64,000 bases of DNA, from contig NC_043007.1 of the NCBI RefSeq assembly GCF_006345805.1, positions 31,620,001 to 31,684,000 of the forward strand, written 5' to 3'. A program made the position numbers and the translations under genes. Source of the stretch: Octopus sinensis (Eukaryota). This document shows, piece by piece, positions 62,601-64,000 of this stretch. Numbering within the stretch: position 1 is the stretch's first letter; each line of letters starts with the position of its first letter. The notes under the pieces are model-generated. The model was not told where the DNA came from. It saw nothing but the letters and a program-made list of their open reading frames with translations, and made no database searches.

Positions 62601-63515
62601 TTCTCTGATCCACTTCAAATATAACCTACAAAGTAATGGAGCAACTGTACCTGTAGATGTCAGTGTTTTTATATGCGTGTGTGTATAATATATACACAAA
62701 CTCAAACACAACTTATGACATGTAAACTCTTAACATTTCTCTATAATGTACTCTTACCGTTTTGTACAACAACATATGCAAAAACTCCAAGGTACAGCAG
62801 CTCATTTCTCAGCACTTTGATGGGATAAAAATCAAAAAATCTTGATAATTAAACTCTGTAAACACTCATTGCACACATATGCACACATACATAATTTCAA
62901 TTTATTTTACAATGTTGACATTTAGAGAATATTGTTCCCTCCTCTTATATGTGTGTGTATGTATATAATATGAGTGTGTTTTGTTAATTTAGTTTGAACT
63001 TAAAGAAATTCAAAGAAGGCAAGAAGAAGAATATCGACAACAACATCCTGAAGAAGTAGAAAAATCTAAAGAAGAGAAGAGACGAAAATATATTGCAGAA
63101 TTTGTACCTCCAGAAGAGCCGTGAGTATTTGCATCTACAAAGTTTTTATCATTTATACAAAGATAACATTGGGGAGTGAGTTGATAAGTCTTAGCATCAG
63201 CTGGTAATAGACAAAAGGGGTGGGGCTGAAAAGTTCCTGGCTTTGGGTAAAAGAAAATCCAAGAGCACATGGGTGAGAAGCAAACTTCTTTAACCTCACA
63301 GCCAGGTTTCTGCCTATTTATATGTTAGAAGATTTCCTTCTGTAAGTGCTGACTGATTCTGTGAATTCTAATTAACTGACATTGTTTTTGTCACAGACCC
63401 GAGCCAGAACCAGAAGAAGTTGTATCAACTGAACCAGAAGATGGTGAGGCAACATCAGACGATCAAGGACCAGCTGCTATGACCAATGGAGAGAAAGAAG
63501 TAACTGATGAATCAG
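8593..63515 (+). CDS. beta-Spec: Beta-spectrin (conventional non-erythroid beta chain; SPTB/SPTBN1-like), spliced CDS of 40 exons, 3'-incomplete in this window
   Basis: Joined exons read open for 6490 nt. They match recalled beta-spectrin sequence: [29 protein letters not shown], two CH domains, 17 spectrin repeats ending [20 protein letters not shown]. In-frame TGA TAA at 8581-8586 lies just upstream of the ATG. All introns are GT-AG with matching phases. Confidence 0.97.
9239..9400 (+). mobile_element. tRNA-derived SINE family B (head plus core)
   Basis: ggctgtgtggttag...gggttcagtccc (box A/B-like), then gggcaagtgtctt. Confidence 0.8.
10420..10850 (+). mobile_element. decayed RTE-clade LINE, C-terminal ORF fragment
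   Basis: Frameshifted YGQL..SGGQ..WFKD and a C-terminal Cys/His segment (TCDTC...YHQKK) resemble the end of RTE ORF2. Confidence 0.55.
11077..11248 (+). mobile_element. SINE-like family A copy
   Basis: Core followed by a (GAT)n tail. Confidence 0.85.
11890..12074 (-). mobile_element. tRNA-derived SINE family D (internally deleted)
   Basis: Reverse complement of ctggcagaatcgttag...gttctgagttcaaattc. Confidence 0.8.
12131..12395 (-). mobile_element. SINE-like family A copy
   Basis: (CAT)n plus core. Confidence 0.8.
13139..13307 (+). mobile_element. SINE-like family A copy
   Basis: Core followed by a (GAT)n tail; a degraded copy also lies near 12880-13030. Confidence 0.85.
13649..13800 (+). 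CDS. beta-Spec: exon 2 (CH1, [16 protein letters not shown]...SGERL)
   Basis: ttttag|AT acceptor, CTG|gtaagt donor, phase 1 to 0. Confidence 0.96.
17250..17620 (-). mobile_element. decayed RTE/BovB-like LINE fragment
   Basis: Minus strand reads [10 protein letters not shown]..(frameshift)..[11 protein letters not shown], like the RTE motif KTI..G..EG.R.RGRQR..W.D.I. Confidence 0.6.
18062..18600. repeat. interspersed repeat of unknown class flanked by (TAA)n tracts
   Basis: GC-richer block bounded by TAA microsatellites on both sides; class not determinable here. Confidence 0.45.
19120..19460 (+). mobile_element. tRNA-derived SINE family B, full length
   Basis: Head, gggcaagtgtctt core, (GT)n middle and gctccagcatggcc 3' part. 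Confidence 0.75.
22200..22522 (-). mobile_element. tRNA-derived SINE (aagtgtcttgctcaagg core) nested in an older repeat spanning about 22140-22625
   Basis: The ggaatcaaactccc box B reverse complement is present. Flanks resemble the repeat at 20720-20880 and 50895-50990. Confidence 0.6.
23270..23911 (-). mobile_element. SINE family B interrupted by a roughly 300-nt nested insertion (about 23438-23737)
   Basis: 3' part at 23270-23437 and head at 23738-23911, split within the (CA)n tract. Confidence 0.7.
23596..23646. repeat. (TA)n microsatellite
   Basis: About 50 nt of pure TA. Confidence 0.95.
25533..25750 (+). mobile_element. tRNA-derived SINE family D (alternative 3' tail)
   Basis: ggcagcgaactggcagaaacgttag...gttctgagttcaaattcc. 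Confidence 0.85.
25927..26099 (-). mobile_element. SINE-like family A copy (degraded)
   Basis: catcatttaac...catgctggcatgggtt...ggatgcccttcctaa. Confidence 0.7.
26101..26300 (-). mobile_element. Penelope-like element remnant carrying a hammerhead-like motif
   Basis: Minus strand GAAGAGCGTAGGCTCGAAACGT in a pyrimidine-rich block ending in (TA)n. Confidence 0.55.
26201..26243 (-). ncRNA. candidate minimal type I hammerhead ribozyme (variant core)
   Basis: CUUU-CUGUGGA-A-GAGC-GUAG-GCUC-GAA-ACGU-A-AAAG; stems I and II pair and stem III is the palindrome ACGU. Confidence 0.5.
27140..27313 (+). CDS. beta-Spec: exon 3 (CH1, [16 protein letters not shown]...ILRFQ)
   Basis: tttcag acceptor, CAG|gttggt donor, 174 nt. 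Confidence 0.96.
27459..27628 (+). CDS. beta-Spec: exon 4 (CH2 start, IQDII...[17 protein letters not shown]...IHKHR)
   Basis: tttcag acceptor, AG|gtaact donor, phase 0 to 2. Confidence 0.96.
28234..28349 (+). CDS. beta-Spec: exon 5 (CH2, SDLIQYDRL...TKLLDPE)
   Basis: ttccag acceptor, G|gtttgt donor, phase 2 to 1. Confidence 0.95.
29951..30063 (+). CDS. beta-Spec: exon 6 (CH2 end, [27 protein letters not shown]...RIGR)
   Basis: tttcag acceptor, gtaagt donor. Confidence 0.96.
31024..31211 (+). CDS. beta-Spec: exon 7 (repeat 1, [10 protein letters not shown]...EKPPK)
   Basis: tttcag acceptor, gtaagt donor, phase 0 to 2. Confidence 0.96.
32277..32459 (+). CDS. beta-Spec: exon 8 (repeat 1, [12 protein letters not shown]...EELIR)
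   Basis: tttcag acceptor, gtgagt donor. Confidence 0.96.
33238..33495 (+). CDS. beta-Spec: exon 9 (repeat 2, [11 protein letters not shown]...RIAAR)
   Basis: ttacag acceptor, AG|gtaatt donor. Confidence 0.96.
33653..33791 (+). CDS. beta-Spec: exon 10 (repeats 2/3, KDNVLSLW...WMEEIK)
   Basis: tttcag acceptor, AAG|gtaaat donor. Confidence 0.95.
34310..34500 (-). mobile_element. degraded tRNA-derived SINE
   Basis: gggaatcgaaacc (box B reverse complement); similar to 22400-22520. Confidence 0.55.
34618..34783 (+). CDS. beta-Spec: exon 11 (repeat 3, [12 protein letters not shown]...DFVDVG)
   Basis: tgctag acceptor, G|gtagga donor, phase 0 to 1. Confidence 0.93.
35000..35190 (-). mobile_element. 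SINE family B (head plus core) containing a foreign 38-nt segment
   Basis: tttctaccaaatccact...ggattgaacctgag...aagcaaacttctcaaccacac. Confidence 0.7.
36091..36338 (+). CDS. beta-Spec: exon 12 (repeats 3/4, [10 protein letters not shown]...LLNKHK)
   Basis: tttcag acceptor, gtaagt donor. Confidence 0.95.
36489..36689 (+). CDS. beta-Spec: exon 13 (repeat 4, ALEDEMTAR...VDYYQ)
   Basis: tttaag acceptor, CAG|gtaaat donor. Confidence 0.95.
37279..37395 (+). CDS. beta-Spec: exon 14 (repeat 5, [11 protein letters not shown]...LLKKHK)
   Basis: actcag acceptor, AAG|gtaaaa donor. Confidence 0.95.
37757..37834 (+). CDS. beta-Spec: exon 15 (repeat 5, DVTDELKNY...NLGEQ)
   Basis: ttgcag acceptor, gtaagt donor; too short for the ORF track. 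Confidence 0.93.
38493..38657 (+). CDS. beta-Spec: exon 16 (repeats 5/6, [11 protein letters not shown]...TWIDEK)
   Basis: taacag acceptor, AAG|gtaagt donor. Confidence 0.95.
39228..39527 (+). CDS. beta-Spec: exon 17 (repeats 6/7, EKFLATIV...ECNETI)
   Basis: ttacag acceptor, gtaagt donor, 300 nt. Confidence 0.95.
39775..39903 (+). CDS. beta-Spec: exon 18 (repeat 7, GWINEKVK...AIQAK)
   Basis: ttctag acceptor, AAG|gtaact donor. Confidence 0.95.
40021..40137 (+). CDS. beta-Spec: exon 19 (repeat 7, [11 protein letters not shown]...DLKEM)
   Basis: ttccag acceptor, ATG|gtaatt donor. Confidence 0.95.
40402..40677 (+). CDS. beta-Spec: exon 20 (repeats 7/8, [17 protein letters not shown]...YMFLRQ)
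   Basis: taacag acceptor, CAG|gtgcgt donor. Confidence 0.95.
41020..41109 (+). CDS. beta-Spec: exon 21 (repeat 8, RLQALDGGW...SLNLQ)
   Basis: ttatag acceptor, gtaaga donor. Confidence 0.95.
42941..43018 (+). CDS. beta-Spec: exon 22 (repeat 9 helix [12 protein letters not shown]...KEEVP)
   Basis: tgatag acceptor, gtaagt donor, phase 0/0. Confidence 0.94.
45242..45265 (+). CDS. candidate alternative 24-nt microexon (SAIGLDKQ) between exons 22 and 23
   Basis: tgtcttttgttacacAG | AGTGCCATTGGACTTGACAAGCAG | GTAACT; in frame, phase 0/0, no stop. Predicted from splice signals only. Confidence 0.55.
49738..49910 (+). CDS. beta-Spec: exon 23 (repeat 9, [16 protein letters not shown]...NINER)
   Basis: cttcag acceptor, AG|gtaagg donor. 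Confidence 0.95.
50091..50322 (+). mobile_element. young tRNA-derived SINE family D with 17-bp target-site duplication
   Basis: GGTATTTACAGTTGTTA at 50074-50090 and 50323-50339; CpGs retained. Confidence 0.9.
50405..50590 (-). mobile_element. SINE family B 3' part
   Basis: ggccatgctggagcacc...ttttgccgaaccgctaagtt; reverse complement of 19280-19460. Confidence 0.8.
50591..50753 (+). mobile_element. SINE-like family A copy
   Basis: Core followed by a (GAT)n tail. Confidence 0.88.
51010..51100 (+). CDS. beta-Spec: exon 24 (repeats 9/10, RNANRQR...QDCEE)
   Basis: ttacag acceptor, gtaaat donor. Confidence 0.94.
51197..51343 (+). CDS. beta-Spec: exon 25 (repeat 10, LRDWLQDKM...LKLRE)
   Basis: ttttag acceptor, GAG|gtacat donor. 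Confidence 0.94.
51805..52068 (+). CDS. beta-Spec: exon 26 (repeats 10/11, AGEGLLKDK...MQRQN)
   Basis: ttttag acceptor, gtaagt donor. Confidence 0.95.
52180..52310 (+). CDS. beta-Spec: exon 27 (repeat 11, QLESQMK...AVAER)
   Basis: aaatag acceptor, gtaagc donor. Confidence 0.94.
52443..52629 (+). CDS. beta-Spec: exon 28 (repeats 11/12, FMKIQAPL...MKKTH)
   Basis: ttgcag acceptor, gtaagt donor. Confidence 0.95.
52641..52860 (-). mobile_element. SINE-like family A copy (degraded)
   Basis: catcaccaccatttaatgtc...ggctggatgcccttc. Confidence 0.65.
53305..53670 (+). mobile_element. tRNA-head SINE (family B head) with an RTE-like 3' tail
   Basis: ggctgtgtggttaagaag...gggttcagtccc head; tail catcccatacaaacatgggaaggtggacata. 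Confidence 0.65.
53873..54073 (+). CDS. beta-Spec: exon 29 (repeat 12, [13 protein letters not shown]...IAQQ)
   Basis: ctttag acceptor, CAG|gtatgg donor. Confidence 0.95.
54182..54515 (-). mobile_element. SINE-like family A copy (long form)
   Basis: (CAT)n, core and subrepeats. Confidence 0.88.
54812..55020 (+). CDS. beta-Spec: exon 30 (repeat 13, [19 protein letters not shown]...EHPES)
   Basis: ttttag acceptor, AG|gtgaga donor; missed by the + strand ORF track. Confidence 0.95.
55097..55903. mobile_element. non-autonomous foldback/MITE-like element with long imperfect terminal inverted repeats
   Basis: The left arm from about 55097 (ttcaaaaa.acac...ggtgtcaa...ctggt.a.tga.acagt...gtttggc.gc.actttt) aligns to the reverse complement of about 55780-55903. 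Confidence 0.65.
56090..56294 (+). CDS. beta-Spec: exon 31 (repeats 13/14, [14 protein letters not shown]...YEHVT)
   Basis: tattag acceptor, gtaagt donor. Confidence 0.95.
56655..56734. repeat. tandem repeat, 4 x 20 bp (GACAYCRGATTACTTTCTCC), inside a degraded SINE at about 56440-56890
   Basis: Directly visible; 1-2 differences between units. Confidence 0.95.
57103..57366 (+). CDS. beta-Spec: exon 32 (repeats 14/15, ankyrin-binding region, [13 protein letters not shown]...ERIQ)
   Basis: tatcag acceptor, gtaagt donor; ARDT and HSDA motifs as in beta-spectrins. Confidence 0.95.
57611..57721 (+). CDS. beta-Spec: exon 33 (repeat 15, [13 protein letters not shown]...LGNQ)
   Basis: ttacag acceptor, gtaagt donor. 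Confidence 0.95.
58260..58504 (+). CDS. beta-Spec: exon 34 (repeats 15/16, VHLIQEES...[12 protein letters not shown]...EKPR)
   Basis: ttcaag acceptor, AG|gtaagt donor. Confidence 0.94.
59390..59990 (+). mobile_element. 5'-truncated, decayed RTE-clade LINE (end of RT plus 3' tail)
   Basis: [24 protein letters not shown]...MLH...WAL and LRWMC/GH motifs; ends gtccaacccatgcaagtgtggaaaagc. Confidence 0.8.
60110..60248 (+). CDS. beta-Spec: exon 35 (repeat 16, [13 protein letters not shown]...YRSSE)
   Basis: ttgcag acceptor, gtgagt donor. Confidence 0.95.
61039..61123 (+). CDS. beta-Spec: exon 36 (repeat 16, VREKLIQL...WEYLQL)
   Basis: ttttag acceptor, gtaagt donor, phase 0 to 1. Confidence 0.94.
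61680..61882 (+). mobile_element. SINE-like family A copy (diverged)
   Basis: ttggcattagaaggg.catcc...gtccaaccc...ggacattaaatgaggatgatg. Confidence 0.7.
62158..62249 (+). CDS. beta-Spec: exon 37 (repeat 17, [17 protein letters not shown]...QDLG)
   Basis: Branch-like GACTAAC at 62124-62130, ttccag acceptor, gtacgt donor. Confidence 0.94.
62402..62506 (+). CDS. beta-Spec: exon 38 (repeat 17, tetramerisation end, [16 protein letters not shown]...KLTT)
   Basis: ctgcag acceptor, gtaagt donor. Confidence 0.95.
62993..63120 (+). CDS. beta-Spec: exon 39 (post-repeat charged segment, [13 protein letters not shown]...PPEEP)
   Basis: atttag acceptor, gtgagt donor; resembles vertebrate LELLEVRRQQEEE. 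Confidence 0.9.
63397..63515 (+). CDS. beta-Spec: exon 40 (acidic/proline linker, PEPEPEEVV...[11 protein letters not shown])
   Basis: tcacag acceptor, CAG|gtaagg donor, phase 2 to 1, open frame. Confidence 0.85.
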
Positions 63516-64000
63516 GTAAGGAGAGAAGAAACTACACCTTCACTTTGATTCTCGTCTTACCGAATATTTTCTTTCCCATAATGACAACCTTCATCCGAAT
63601 GAAGGCATAATGGTATTTTCAACTTTGCAGCATCTCACTTGATTTCCAGTGAATTCTTATCAAATTATTTTTAACATGCATGCTTCTCAGTTCCACAGAT
63701 TACTTCTGGTTGTCTGACCGCAACCTGGTCTACCATCATCACCAGATTTCCAGCAGCAGCGAGAAGACGGCAGTACTTGTGTTAGTCTAACCTGAGTGGC
63801 TTTACTGGTTGGGATTTATAATTATAATTAAGATTGCAGTGTCGAAGTCTGTTAATTGTTCATTACTAAATAGTCTCGGTTAAATATAGGAAATTTATTT
63901 TATAAAATAACGTTCAAGTTTACTCTTGTATTCAATATGTGTGTAACACCTAAACTGCTCCTCCAGTTTTCTAGTAGACAGCAGGAGTTCTGCAGAATAG

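Noticed and set aside
63217-63300. Mariner-like terminal repeat (GGGGCTGAAAAGTTCCTGGCTTT)
   Set aside because: Only one short end is visible, with no partner repeat or transposase in the window; not enough to annotate.
8729-63396. U12-type or GC-AG introns
   Set aside because: All 39 traced introns are GT-AG, and none has the GTATCCTT donor.

Overview
This is AT-rich eukaryotic genomic DNA. Its SINE/RTE repeat content points to a coleoid cephalopod, most likely Octopus (recognition from memory, not a database hit). One + strand gene dominates the window: non-erythroid beta-spectrin. I traced 40 coding exons from ATG 8593 to 63515. All have GT-AG boundaries and consistent phases, giving 6490 nt (about 2163 codons): two CH domains, spectrin repeats 1-17 and the start of the C-terminal linker. 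The PH domain and stop lie beyond the window, and the 5' UTR exon(s) were not located. The introns hold several SINE families, three RTE-LINE fragments, two MITE-like elements, Penelope-type remnants and microsatellites. I found no prokaryotic features, CRISPR array or RNA gene, and nothing that proves a new biological system. Best leads: (1) an in-frame 24-nt candidate microexon (SAIGLDKQ) with other cryptic or poison splice signals in the unusually long intron 22; (2) a minimal hammerhead-ribozyme fold in an antisense Penelope-like remnant, whose sense-oriented relative lacks the ribozyme; (3) near-identical inverted SINE tails flanking exons 24-29 (dsRNA, editing or circRNA candidate); (4) a 38-nt templated copy inside a SINE. 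All coordinates were counted by hand; repeat boundaries are approximate.
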